A stretch of DNA of 61,249 bases, counting the filler, from Basidioascus undulatus (Eukaryota): NCBI GenBank assembly GCA_000826855.1. It is 3 parts of 3 records of this genome, joined end to end, with 100 filler letters (N's around TTAATTAATTAA, not from the genome) between each part and the next. Parts side by side here need not be neighbours in the genome. Positions count along the whole stretch, not along the records: positions 1 to 20,425 come from JTLS01000374.1; positions 20,526 to 40,837 come from JTLS01000376.1; 1 more part is not named here. One strand, 5' to 3'. Below the pieces are notes generated by a model. It was not told the DNA's origin, searched no databases, and saw only the letters and a list, made by a program, of their open reading frames with translations. The translations under genes and the position numbers were made by a program. Shown here piece by piece: positions 11,436 through 23,554 of the stretch. The stretch's first letter is position 1. Every line of letters begins with the position of its first letter.

Positions 11436-14400
11436 ATGAACACCGCCCCTCCCGCCCCGCTCTCCGCCGACGCTAAGCCGCCCCTCACACTCAACACGGC
11501 CGCGTCCACGCCCGGGCTCAATGATGGCGCGTCGTACCACACCGCCTACACCGACGCGACCCCCACCACCGCGAACGGGACGGCGATCTCGCCTTCCACC
11601 GCGCCGACGACCGCAGGGACCGACGCGCCACAGGGGCGGCACGCGCAGGACCACTCCTCCTCCTCCTTCCCGCCCGACAAGACCGCGACGTCCGAGGCGT
11701 CCGCTGTGGAGCCTGCAGCGCCTGCGGTCGCACCCAGCATCCAGACGACCCCCACTTCCGCCGAGCCGCCCGCGCAGCAGCAGCAGCACCTCGCCGCGCC
11801 CGGCGGAGCGACGGGGCTCGCGCCCTCCGCGTCTGTCCGCACGGCGCGCACGGCCGAGACGGTTGACACGAGCAACGGCGTCGACCAGCGCCTCGCTGCG
11901 GCGGACTCGCAGCTTAGCGTGAAGGACCGGAGGAAGATCAACATGTCTGAAGGTGCGTCTTCTCCCCTCCCCCTTTCCTCTCTCTCGTTCTTTGTTTTTG
12001 ATCGGGCGCGGGACACAGGCAAAGACGCCAAAGTCATCTCCAAGATCCTGGCGTCTGAAGGGAAGAATGACGCGGAGGCGATAAAGATGGTCCTGAAGGA
12101 CGCGCAGCGCGCTACCAAGTCCGTGCGGAAGGCTGAGAAGGTGCGTCTCCCCCCTCTTCCCCCCTCCTCTTCCTCTTCCCGATTTGCCTTGCTGACAATC
12201 CCCGACTGGCAGGCGCGGTAGCAAGCGACGGCGAGAAGACGGAGAAGGCGGAGGAATCCAATCCCGCCGAATCCAAGCAAGCCACGCTCCTCCCCGCCGA
12301 GGACGCCCCCGCGCCGTCTGCTGGGGCGGAGGAGGTCGTGCAGGAGAAGCTGGGTGCGTCTACCTTTTCCCTCTTTGCCTTCGCATCTTCGCATCTCCGC
12401 ATCTCCGCATCTCCTCGCCTTCTCGCAAGCGTTCAGCTGATGGAAGACGCCCCGGCCTGGACAGACCCGCCCGCGCTCGCCCCCGCGGAGCCTGAGAAGG
12501 AGAAGGAGGAGACGCCGGCGGAGGCGCCAGTGGAGGCCGCAGAGGAGAAGGTCGATGCGGAGGAAGACGCTGCGGCCCCTCAGCCTGAGGCGGAGGCGGA
12601 CACTGCTGTGGAGGAAGCGGTCGTGGAGGAGGGTGCGTCTTCTCATCTCTGTCTCCAAACACCCCTTCCGCAAGCTCACTTCCCCACCCACAGCTCCCGC
12701 CCCCCAGGCGGCGGTGGAGAAGGAGGTGGTGGAGGACGGTACGGTCTCTATTCGATTCAGATTAGCGTCGTCTGTTCGGTCGCGCTAATGCGCTCCCACC
12801 CCACAGCTGCCGACCCCGCGCTGAGCACCGCGCCCGACTCCGCGCCCGCGCCCGTTGAGCGGGAGGCACAGCAGCCGGCGAAGGAGTTCGTGGATGGTGC
12901 GTTCCCTTTTTCTCTTCCACCCTCCTTCCACCTAGGAGAGACTGATCAATTGTGAACCTTGCGCGATGAAATTACCAGCCGGCGTCAACCAGCTCCCCAC
13001 CACCGCGCCCAGCGCCGGTGCCGGTGCGGACCCGGACCCGGCCGAGCCCACTGCCGGCGGAGACGGGACGCTGGAGGAGCCGTCTGCGGGCGGGGAGAGC
13101 GCTGCTGCGGGAGCTGCGGCTGCAGCTGCGGTCGGTACGTTCCCCCCCCAACTTCCTTCCCCTTCCTCAAGTCTCCCACTGACCCAGCGCTTACAATACG
13201 AAGCAGTGAACGAGCGCACCACCTCCGACTCCGCCCCCCCGCTCCCCACCCACGCAGCCGAGGAGCAGCCTGTCGCGCCCATTGCGCAGGAAGAGCCGCT
13301 CGTGAAGAGCGTGGAGGTGCCGGAGGTGGAGGCCGGGGATATCGGTGCGCTTTCCTTTCTTCCTTCCCCTTTCTACCCTCCCCTATTCCCCTGCTTCTCC
13401 CCCCTGCCCCCCTTCGCCTTGCTTTACCCCACCTCTGCTCGTCTCTTTCTCGTACAGGGTGTTGATGTTTGACCGGCTGGCACACCAGACACCCCCGGCC
13501 TCCGCCGCGCCGAAGAAGGCCAACATGCCCCGCTCGAGGACGAGGCTCCCGCGCCCGCCGAGTCCGAGTCACAGCCCGTCCTACTCGTGCCCGCGACCGA
13601 GCACGAGCCTTCGCCCATCGCGCCTGAGTCGGACCGTGTTGCTGAGCCGGCTGCGGCTAAGGCACCGGCGGAGAAGGAGGAGGCGGAGGAGAAGACCGAG
13701 GAGAAGGAGCAGGAGGTGAAGGGGCAGGAGCAGGAGAAGAGGGATGACAAGGCGGTGGCGGGGATGGAGCACGAGCCGGCGCCGGTGGAGGCTTCTGCTG
13801 AGGAGAAGGACGAGCCTTCGGGTGCGTTTTGTTACCTCTCTCCAACTGACACAGCACGAACTGATGTGTTGAAACGATGCGGCAGTCCCCACCGCCGCCG
13901 CTCTGGCTGCTGGCGCCGCTGCCGCTGCTGGCGCCGCTGCGCTCGCTGCTGCGCCCGCGTTCGCGGAGAAGGAGGCTGCGCCTGCGGTCGACGAGCCCGA
14001 GACTGCCCCGGCTGTCATCCCGGCTGCCGTGGTGGAGAAGCAGGAGGAGGGTACGCCGCGCAGTGATTCTTCCAGCGTTGAAGCACAACATGCTTACTCC
14101 TCTTGTTTAACAGCCGTCAAGCCCGAGCCTGAGGCTGAGGCTTCTGTTGCTGTCGAGGAGCCTGTTGCACCGGCGGTTGCTCCTGCCGCGGTTGAGGAGG
14201 CGCAAGACGAGGGTGAGAAAGCGACGCTTCATCATTCCCTTTCGTTGAGCACTGTATCTGACGCGAGCCTCTGTCGACAGTTGCGGAGTCCGCTCCCCAG
14301 ACCGCGGCTGAGCCCGAAGCTGCTGCTGCCGCGGAGGAGACCGCTGCCGCCCCTGCGATCGCTCCGGCTGCTGTAGAGGAGAAGGAGGATGAGTCTTCCG

Positions 14401-16265
14401 GCAAGTTTTGTACCTTCTTCATTCCGGCCACACGTGAACTGACAAATTCACGGTTTGGCAGTCTCGACCGCCGCCCTCGCCACCGGTGCCGGTGCTGCGG
14501 GCTCCGCTGCGCTCGCTGCTGCTGCTGCTGTTGGGAAGGACACGCCGAAGGAGGAGGCTGCTCGGCCCGCTGCATCCGCCGTCGACGAGCCTGCGACCGT
14601 GGAGCTGGTGGCGTCCGCGGCTGCGCCGGCTGATGTCGAGGCTAAGCAGGACACCGAGACTGAGCAGGGTGCGCATTTCTTCCGCCTTGCCCGGATACTG
14701 TGGACGCTCATGCTCAGTTTTCGGGCACACAGTCGACGCGCCCGCGGCCGCGGCGGAGCCTGAACCCAAGCCGGTTGAAGAGCCCGCCGCAGTTGCGCCC
14801 GCGGAGATCGAGGCCAAGCAGGATGAGGCACCTGTCCCGGCCGCTGAGGAGTCGTTCAGCCGCGAGAACACTCCTTCGCCGGAGCGGTCCCCTGCTGTAC
14901 GTACAGCGCTTCACACGGTGGCTCGAGGATCTAGCTGACTTGAGCGCGGGTGTACAGGCCGAGAAGACCGCGGAGGAGGCTGCGCCTTCCCTCGACACGT
15001 CCGACAAGGTCAGTTACGATCGATTCTAATCTCTTCGGTTGCAACTGACCTCGCTCTCGCAGCCCCTCCCCGCCGCGATTGGTGCTCTCCGCGCCGAGGG
15101 CTCCAAGCCTACGCCGCAAGGCATCCTCACTCCCCCTGGCGAGCGTACGTTTGCAAAACAAGTTCAATCGCCCATCCGGCCATTATCTGACTTTCCGTCC
15201 TGCTCTAGACGTTCCAATCTACCCGAGCGAAACCGGAGTGCGTCCTCGCTTTTCCACCTCGCTTCTGTGCTCTCGTCTGACTCGACCTTCACGTACAGAT
15301 CGACGAGGATGTATCGCCCCGCCCGAACCCCGTCACCATCGAGACGCCGGTCGAGCACATCCGACTCGACAGCGAGTCCCCGGCCGGGATTCATGTGCAC
15401 GAGGAGGGTGGCCACAGCCATGCTGTCGTGCGTTTTGCTACTGCGGACCAAATCCCTTCCTCTTCAGAACGCTAATCTTTCCCAATTTCTCGTTCGGCAG
15501 TCTGGCGCGGAGAACGAGACTCGTGCAACCACCGCCGCCGATGAGGCCCCGGCTACCTCGGAGCAACCCACGGAAGCAAAGACCTGGGCGCCGCTCCCTG
15601 CAGCCGAAGAGGTCCCGAAGCCGATGCGGCTTTCGGAGCGCTCCGCAGAGAGCCCGCTCGAGCCTTCGCTCTCTACCGACGCATCGCCCGTCCAGGAGGC
15701 GCTCGACTCCGCCCCCAAGGAGGACTCGCCCACTCCCGCAGCGGCTGACGTTCCGCCCGTCGAGGAGCCAAGCGCTGCTGCTCCCGCTGCGGACGACCTG
15801 GAGTCTATTGCGTCGCAGCCTGCCGCTGAACCTGAGGCTGTAGCGCCCGAGCCTGCTGCGCCCGCACCTGCGGCTGAGGTCGAGGAGCCTAAGGCGCCCG
15901 AGCCAGCCAAGACGGAGGAGCCCGCTGCTGCTCCCGCGCCTGTCTCCGTTTCCGTCTCTGCTCCGGAGCCCGAGTCCAAAGCGTACGTCCCTTCTCTTCG
16001 CACCACATAAGCAATCAATTCCCTGACGCGTTCGCGACCCCACAGTCCCGCTGCCGAGCCCCGCGCTCCCTCCCCGGCTCACACTGCCGAGCCCAGCACG
16101 GACGGCGCGTCGACGTTTAGCCACCCGCCGCTGCCGGGAGGCTGGAAGAAGGACGAGGACGACACGGGCTCGGTGAAAAAGCGCCGCTGCGTGATCAGTA
16201 CGTTTCTTTTGACCTTCCAGTCATGTATTCGCAATTACTGACGTTGCCTTCTTCCCTTAGTGTAA
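11436..16265 (+). CDS. Very long Ala/Glu/Pro-rich disordered protein with a C-terminal polybasic CaaX (KKRRCVIM); about 20 exons
   Basis: Exons from 12213 onward splice into one open frame ending ...GSVKKRRCVI|M*. The link to the first exon (11436) requires skipping 12019-12140. Confidence 0.7.
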
Positions 16266-16723
16266 ATCGAGAATGCGCGTGGTTAATGAGGTTCGCATTG
16301 TGTGTGTTTCTAAGTCCCCGGGGGACCATTTTGTTTGGTTTGGGATGCTCGACGCCTCCAGCTCGCTTGCACGCTTGATTGTTTTCAATTTTCTGCTTGC
16401 TTCGTATATCCTACACCCACTTTTGATCCTCGCGCCGCCTGCTCTGCACGTCTGCAAAGCTGAAGAAGCGCGAGTGAAAGAGGGAGTGCATGAGGGGCGA
16501 AAGCGAGCTACTTGCGAGGGTAAAAACGAAACGGTTGCTGTAACGATTGCGAGGTGCGTGCGAAGCGAAGAGACAGCAGCTGATCAGAATACAAGTACAG
16601 AAAACGGAGTTGCGAATGTGCGAGTCAAACGAAATGCGAACTGCTAGACTGCAAGACCGGAACTGGACTGCGAAAGTGTGAAACTGCGAGACTGCGAAGC
16701 TGCGAAGCTGGACGTCGCGCTTT

Positions 16724-18145
16724 TCAGTGACCATACGAGAACGCCTTGCCGATGATCTTGTCCATGGGAGTCTTCTTGTACCTACCAATTTATCATATTG
16801 CGTCAACCTCCGCAAAAGCAAACGAACGCCACAGCAGAAAGGGTGGCGGCGTGGCAACGCACCTCCTCCACCCGTTCCTGCCCTTGCCCCTGTCATCCCG
16901 CCCGATCCCGAGCGCCTGGAGCATCGTGCTCCTCCTCAAAGCGACGAGCGCCGTGCCCTTCCCGCTGCACGCGTCCGTCGCAGGCTTGTACTCGTACCCC
17001 TTGCCGCTGCCCGCCGCGTGCGCGGCGAGCCCCTGCTGGAGGTACACGCGCGAGCGGACGTTGCGCGCGAGGGCGTGGCGCGGGAGCGCGGCGCCGTGCG
17101 AGGCTGTACGGGCTTTGGAGACCTGCAATAGAAAAATCGGGGGAGGTAGTGGATGAGTCAGTGGGTACGGGAGGATGGAAGGAAAGAAGGCAGCACCACG
17201 TACGTCCCCCTTGGTCGCCCTCCCCTCCGGGATGGGTCCACGCTTCGTCCACCACCTCGCCTGCCCCGCCGGCCCAGCATCCTTCACCTCCTGGCCGACC
17301 CCCTCCTCAAACGCGCCGGGGACCTCCTCCGCAGGCCCCTGCCCCCGCGTCTCGAGCCGCTCCTTGACTTTCTGCATTGATGGGCTGAGCCCCGCGCGCG
17401 GGCGCTTGTCCGCCGAGCGCCCGGTCGACGGGCCCGCCTGCGCGTAGCCGTAGCTGTCGTCCGGCCTGTCCGCGAGCTCGGGCATGTCGTCTTCATCCGA
17501 GCCCATGGGGGGGCCGGCGGGGCCGTCCGCGAGCGAAGGCATGTCGTCGTCGTCGGAGAAGGCGGGCGGCGCGCCGTCGTTCTCGACGAGGTCCGGGACG
17601 TCCCCGTCCGAGTCGGTGGCGTCGTCCGCAGCGGCGGCGGCGGGCGTCGGGCGGAGGAAGGCTGCCTCCTCCTCCGAGTCGGAGAGCTCGAAGATGCGCT
17701 GCTGCTCGGGGTTCTTGTTCTGGTTGAAGCGGCGCGGCTGTGGGCGGATCGGACGCGGCGGCGGGGGGCGGAAGACCTCGTCGTCCTCCGAGCTGCCGTC
17801 GTCTGAAGCGTTGTTGGCTTCGAGGTCGAACCCCCCGCGGCCGGGGTTGGGGAAACTCTCCTCTCCGTCGCTGCGCTGCGTCTCCCCAGCGTCTGACTCG
17901 CCCTCCTCCGTCTCGCTGTGGAAGAGCGGCTCCTTCCCATGCCCATCCTCCTTTCCCTGCTCCTGCTCCTGGGTAGCCCACCCGCCACGCATCTCCGCGA
18001 GCTTCTCGGCCAGACTCGCCCCGTCCAGGCTGACGCTGAATGAGTCGAGAGCGCTGTCGCTCTGCGCAGAGGGGGAGGCCGTCGGCGGGGGAGGGAGCGT
18101 GCGTGGGACGCTGTGCGGGTCGGGGAAGCTCTGCGTGCGCTGCAT
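16724..18145 (-). CDS. Hypothetical protein with an acidic disordered N-region and a basic C-terminal domain; 3 exons
   Basis: Long ORF starting MQRTQSFPDP; two GT-AG introns; last exon reads YKKTPMDKIIGKAFSYGH*. Confidence 0.65.
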
Positions 18146-19892
18146 GGCCGGCGCGGAGGCGGGTGGGCGTAAGTGCGCCGCGCGGGGGTGGGTGAGAGAG
18201 GCAAACATGGCTGGGTGTTTCTTTGGAAGGGATAAGGCAGGTCAGCTTCGCAGTCTTGAGGATGAGAGGGTGAAAGACGGACCGGAGGTGGGTTTCTAAG
18301 GTGGTTCGAGGCTGCTGCGAGTACGCTGAGCGGCACTGGTTCGAGCTGAAAAGTAAGGGGAGGGGAAAAGGGCAAGGGAGCCCGAGTCAGTGACCCTGAA
18401 AGTGCAGGCTAGGCGAGTTGACACTCGGACATGACTGCACATCGAAAGACCTACGCACCTTGGGCTGCACTTTGGGTCTCGATGGAGATAGTGACGGTCA
18501 AAAGGCAAGAGGCAAGGCGGCCTAAAAAACCCGCAAGCAGAATACTGAGAGCGTCGCGGCAGGCTGCACCGGGTGCGACGGAGCGACGGAGAGACAGAGA
18601 GACTCGCGGAGCGCGACAGCCGGCGGGTGCGTGCAAAGGGAAAGAGCGACTTGGAACACTGCGGTGGCAGATACGTCGTTGACTGAAAATAACTGAATAG
18701 CTTTGAGACATTCGGGTGTTTTGGGAGAGTAATTTATGGTAAAATATGGACAAGATTCATGAGAAAGTATTACTGGCCTTGCCTCAATGCGATGATCAGG
18801 GCGGTGCGCAGCGGCGCTTTGTTTGCACGTAAACAGCCAGCGGAAGGTGCAGGTTCCGCTGCAAAAAATGGGCCTTTGCCTTAGAGAAATCCACATAGAG
18901 AAGCTCTAGGAACCCTAAGGAACCCACTCCAATGAGCAATGGACGGACTGCAGGTCAACGTCGGAGTACTGTCTACGCACAAAGGCATAAATGCACACGC
19001 TCGGGCACAATTGGACGCGTCGTAACGACCGAAACTGCAGCTCTGTGTGCATTGAAACACCTGTTCTTTATTAGGTACCAGAATAAACCTCTCCAAGGTG
19101 TCTATGTGGAAGAAACCTCGACGCCTCCAGATAAACGGAGACCCAACTTTTCACTCGTGGCAAACGTGTCAACGACAGGCCGCTCGCTGTCCTTTTCACA
19201 TCCCTCTCCCGTCCATGCCCACAGTCGATATCCCGCACGTCTGGAAGCAGATGTTTAAATATTCATCAGACATTCTCAATTTCGGACCCTCTCATGACTA
19301 CTGAGCTCTGCGGCCATGCGGAACTACTGAAGGTGGACCCCCGCGGAGACTCGCACTTCGCGTTCTGCGACAGCAGCGCGTCTGTACAGACGGAAGATTC
19401 AAAATAACTTCGGCCGTTGTCTGATATGGTATGAAGATAATACACTGCAAACCCATCTAATAAACCCGCCTGGAGTTCTTGGACATGTCGTTCTGCACGC
19501 GGCCCCCGTCTATTTGAGCCTGGTCTATATGCCGCGCTCCTTACTTGCCCAGCCGGCCTCTCCAGGCTTTCCACAAATACCCACTCAAACCATAGGACGG
19601 TAGAGAGTTTAGGGGCTTGAGCAGCTTCCCATGTCTTCCTAACGGCCTCCAATTTCCGTCGAGGTACACCCTTTGAGACTGCCTGTCGGCGACTTCTCAC
19701 GCACTCCGATACCCTGCCTGCCATAGGGACCAGAGTGGGAGGGGTTGCCTGACTCTTGATTGAATTACCTAGTAAACTAGCGACTGAATGTCCTTTGAGG
19801 GATCCGAGCGCTTTGAAAGGTCTATAAGAACCGTTGCGGCCAGCGTAACATTGCGCCCATCCGCCTCCTCCATCCACGCATCACACTCAGCT

Positions 19893-20414
19893 ATGCGCCT
19901 CACCCTCAAGCTCTTCTTCATCGCCGCCGTCTCCGCCATCGTCTCTGCTGCGGCGCTCGCCCCCCGCGCGTCGCCCGGCGCCACCTGTTACTTCCCCTAC
20001 ACTGAACAAGGTGGGGGTTCCGCTGGGCCCTGCCAACTGTGGGTACTTCCTGGGTTCCAGGCATCATGCGCCAACGCCAATGGAAGCGGGAGTGCCAGGC
20101 TGACCTAAGTGCTGTCCTCTATAGTTTTACCAGACAACTACGGATCGACCGTCGAGGGAGGCCCGGAATTCTAAAGCAGCTACGTGCAACGACGGACCAC
20201 TTGGTTCTGCTACTACCGCCCTGTGGGCCGTTCTTCTTCTTCCACTTCACCTCCCAAGTTTTTAAAGTGCTTATCCTCTGGGCGGATGTCGTCTGCAGAA
20301 CACCGGTGCCTCAACGTTTACCCCCTGAAACTGTTCCGGCGCGGCTGTGGCGAGGACATGCAGTGCGCGCCGGCGCGCGAGGGCCGAGCATACGCTCGCG
20401 AAGCGCAGGCCTAA
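19893..20414 (+). CDS. Small secreted Cys-containing protein; exon structure unresolved, near the contig end
   Basis: TATAAG at about 19823; signal peptide MRLTLKLFFIAAVSAIVSAAALAPR; downstream intron-like segments whose phases do not join cleanly. Confidence 0.45.
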
Positions 20415-20425
20415 TATTGGGGAGG

Positions 20426-20525
20426 NNNNNNNNNNNNNNNNNNNNNNNNNNNNNNNNNNNNNNNNNNNNTTAATTAATTAANNNNNNNNNNNNNNNNNNN
20501 NNNNNNNNNNNNNNNNNNNNNNNNN
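20426..20525. other. Artificial contig spacer N44-TTAATTAATTAA-N44
   Basis: 100-bp gap with a stop-in-all-frames linker, identical to the second gap. Confidence 0.97.
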
Positions 20526-20669
20526 TTATCCATTGTGTCCAGTGTGGCGCCAGCAACCGCAGTTGGAGAATCGCTCTGCCGTTTGTGTCCTGGCCTTGCC
20601 GCGCGCCGCCCCGGAACAAAGCCGCACCTCCGGAGCACCAACGCTGGAGTTGCGAGTGCACCGGCAAAG

Positions 20670-22732
20670 ATGGGGATGGATCCGTCTGCCGCGGCCACTA
20701 TTGCGGCCACAGTGCTGGGTGGGGTGGCATTCATCATAGCTACGTTGCAGCTCGCGCAGAGTCTTCTTTCATCGTCGGCGGACCTGAGGAAGTGCAACGG
20801 GGACGTCTATGGCTCGCTCGCGTATGAGGGGACCAGGACCCGCTTCCGGTGGCCCTGGCGGGACCCCTTGGGTAGCCATGCGGGCTGGAGGGTTCTTCAC
20901 CGGAGCTTCAGGTTTGAGGTCCGCTACCAAGCCCCGCATATCACGTACACCGTCACCGCACGACGCTGCGGCAGCAAGGGCGCCCTGCTCGCGCCCATGG
21001 AGAAGCATCCGTGGAGGGTGGCCCAGTGGTACGACCTGATAGAGGTGGCAGGCACGCTCGGAGTGTCCTCCGACATGGCGGTGACCTGGCTCAACTCTTC
21101 GATAGACTCGTTCCCCTCCGGAGGGACGTCCCTGTGGTACCTGCCCGCATCTCTATCAGGTTCCTCATGGCGGTAGCCGTTTCTCAGGGTCTTGACTGCA
21201 TAGGGTTCGACTGGCACGCAGGGTGCGTATCGTTTGTGGGACAGGCCTCGATGCAGTCAGTGGAGCACCCTATCCTGGGTACTGTGGTCCACTACTACCC
21301 CCGTGTGGACGTTGGTGTCGGTGACTACGACAGTTGGTGCGGGTTTGAGACAGAGGCGATGCCTGATCTCGATGAACCCAAGCTAGGTCACCTCCTCATA
21401 GGGCAGGTTGCCAAGTACCTGGGGAGCTCGTTGCCTAGCGCCGCTGCTGCCCTGGACAAGGACGCCGTTGACAGATGGGTGGCGTGTGTAACGCTGGGGT
21501 CGTCATCCATGTCGTCCTCTCCCAAGTTCGTTCCTGTCATTTCGATGTTCGGGTCCAGGACAGACGCACTGGCTGCGTTCCATGGGGTCTGTGTGTGCGT
21601 GTTTGGGGACGAGGGCTTCAGGCGGCTGAGCCACAGGACGACGGTTGTGAGCTCTATGCAAGTTCTCCACCCCTGGGCACCCGGGATGCTGGAGCTTATG
21701 GAAAAGGACCAGGTCATGGAGCTGAGGAACGAACTTATGCGCGTCAATGACGAGTCCAACGAGGCAGGGATCATAGTCTGTCTCGCATGCGCCATGGCGG
21801 CACATTTGAGCCCAAGGCCACTGCGCTACCTCAGCGTCATCATATGCACTGCGTCCGAGGCGGACATAGGTGTTGCCTTTGCAAAGAGCTGGGAGAGGCA
21901 CCTGAGGCTTCTGGTGCCCATACTCGGGGCCTTGGCTAGCGGTAGTGCTGGACTCTCCTCCAGGACAAGGACGAGTGAGCAAGGCCCTAAGGCCTGGGAG
22001 TACTACCTGACCCGGTGGCGCTCTCACGTGAGTAGCAATTCTCAACAGCCTGCTACTGCACTGTCCGGAAGTACGGTGCCCAGTGAGCACTCAGTTGCTG
22101 ACAGGGCCCTCGCCTGCGCTATCCGCGGTGCCATCATGTCCCTCAAATGGCACTATTGCTCCGACAGGGGAGACGCCAAGATCGAGCTCCCCCCTGAGAC
22201 GCCATGGTTTGGTCTGTTGATTCCCGCCGCACCCCTACCGGCACCACTCCACAGCGGGCCCGCGAGCCCAGCGACCTACACACCCCCCACTGACCCCACC
22301 CACCCACTAACCCACCAACCAGACCTGTACAGCACCGCTCCCCACAACCCCTGGTACTCACAATGGTGTACCCCCTTCCCAAAAACCCAACCACCAACCA
22401 CGCGTGCTCCAACGCACACCGAATCCTGCAGCGAGCTTGCGAGCGGAGCGGTGAGGTGTCCTCACTTCACTAACCCATCAACTCATCTACCACTAACTGA
22501 GGTGACAAATGAACTACTGAGTACGGACTCGCGCGTCCTGACATTCCCCACTTACTGGGTCCCCTCATTGCCTAACCTAGGGGCCCGCCAGCGGGCCTTC
22601 CCGCATCCTGGGGACCACAGTAACCAGTCCCCCACAGTATCCTCCAGTACCCACCCACGCGCACCTGTCGCGCGTGCCTCGGAAAGTGGAGGGCCAGGTC
22701 AGGTTGCGTTAGGTCTTTACCGGTTCCCTTGA
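20670..22732 (+). pseudogene. Intronless modin-like membrane protein with a frameshift near 21111-21126
   Basis: N-terminal TM helix followed by LQLAQ...KC...FRFEVRYQAPHI, WYDLI, SIDSFP; similarity continues in another frame (DVPVVPARISIRFLMAVAVSQGL). Family assignment is from recalled modin-like motifs. Confidence 0.5.
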
Positions 22733-22932
22733 CACCCCTGGGCACGTCTTTAGTCTTACTGTACGTCACTGTTGTCATGTCGTGCATGCCAGTGAGTGAA
22801 CAGGTGTATGTGTCTGATGATGTGTCGAGTGTTCCCCATATGTGTGTCTCTGTGTGAGGATATGTTATTTTCTTTCTTTTGATTGGAAATTGTTGAATAA
22901 TTGATGAACAAACTTTAGCAAAACAGACACTC

Positions 22933-23071
22933 ACTGTTGCAACCCTCCAGGTTGCCTTTTATCACCGGCATACGTTAGCACGCTCGCCTAGTGCAGCGCA
23001 CTTCGGGTGCGACGACACCGCACCTGACATAGATTGCTAATGGAAAGCGCAACCACCAGGGTTGCAACAGT
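22933..23071. repeat. Inverted repeat ACTGTTGCAACCCT...AGGGTTGCAACAGT at the centre of a larger imperfect palindrome
   Basis: 14-bp perfect arms at 22933-22946 and 23058-23071, extended inward by GGTTGC/GCAACC; flanks are loosely complementary for about 150 bp or more. Confidence 0.85.
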
Positions 23072-23554
23072 AGGTTTCGTTTGTTTTCAATTGTTTGAAG
23101 TTTTGTCATTGTTTTCCAAACAAACAACTCAATAAAGATATCCATCACCCTGATACATCAATACCCAATGTGATCATAGACACCCGTGACCTAACCGTCA
23201 CTGTCATCCAACCTAACCCTAACACCAGTCGTTACCCTAGCCCGACACTTCACCCTGACACACCTGACCCTGGCCAACGATACAGCATAGTCCTAGTCCC
23301 GTTAATACCTCGGGATGGCTCCAGACACCCTTAACTCTCAACTACCTGACCTAACTGGCCTACTGTTACGACCCAGCCGGCACCCCGCTAGCCCAGCCTG
23401 GCTGTGCCTGACCTGACCTGACGTGAGGTACATAGTGCACGCTTGCCTGACTGGTGCAATGTCTAGGGGGGGGTGGGGGTCGGTACCTCGGCATTGCATC
23501 TACAATGTGCTGGGGCGGACCTGAGTGTGTACTGGGGGTGTGGCCTATCAAGAC

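Noticed and set aside
16125..16150. WW domain at PPLPGGWKK
   Set aside because: The aromatic pair and second Trp are missing, and the protein ends shortly after.
11400..18375. Long Arg/Ala/Gly-rich antisense and alternate-frame ORFs
   Set aside because: They are shadows of GC-rich low-complexity coding sequence.
20470..20481. TTAATTAATTAA palindrome (also at 40882-40893) as a biological motif
   Set aside because: It is centred in identical N-runs and is an assembly linker. Adjacency across these gaps is not evidence of linkage.
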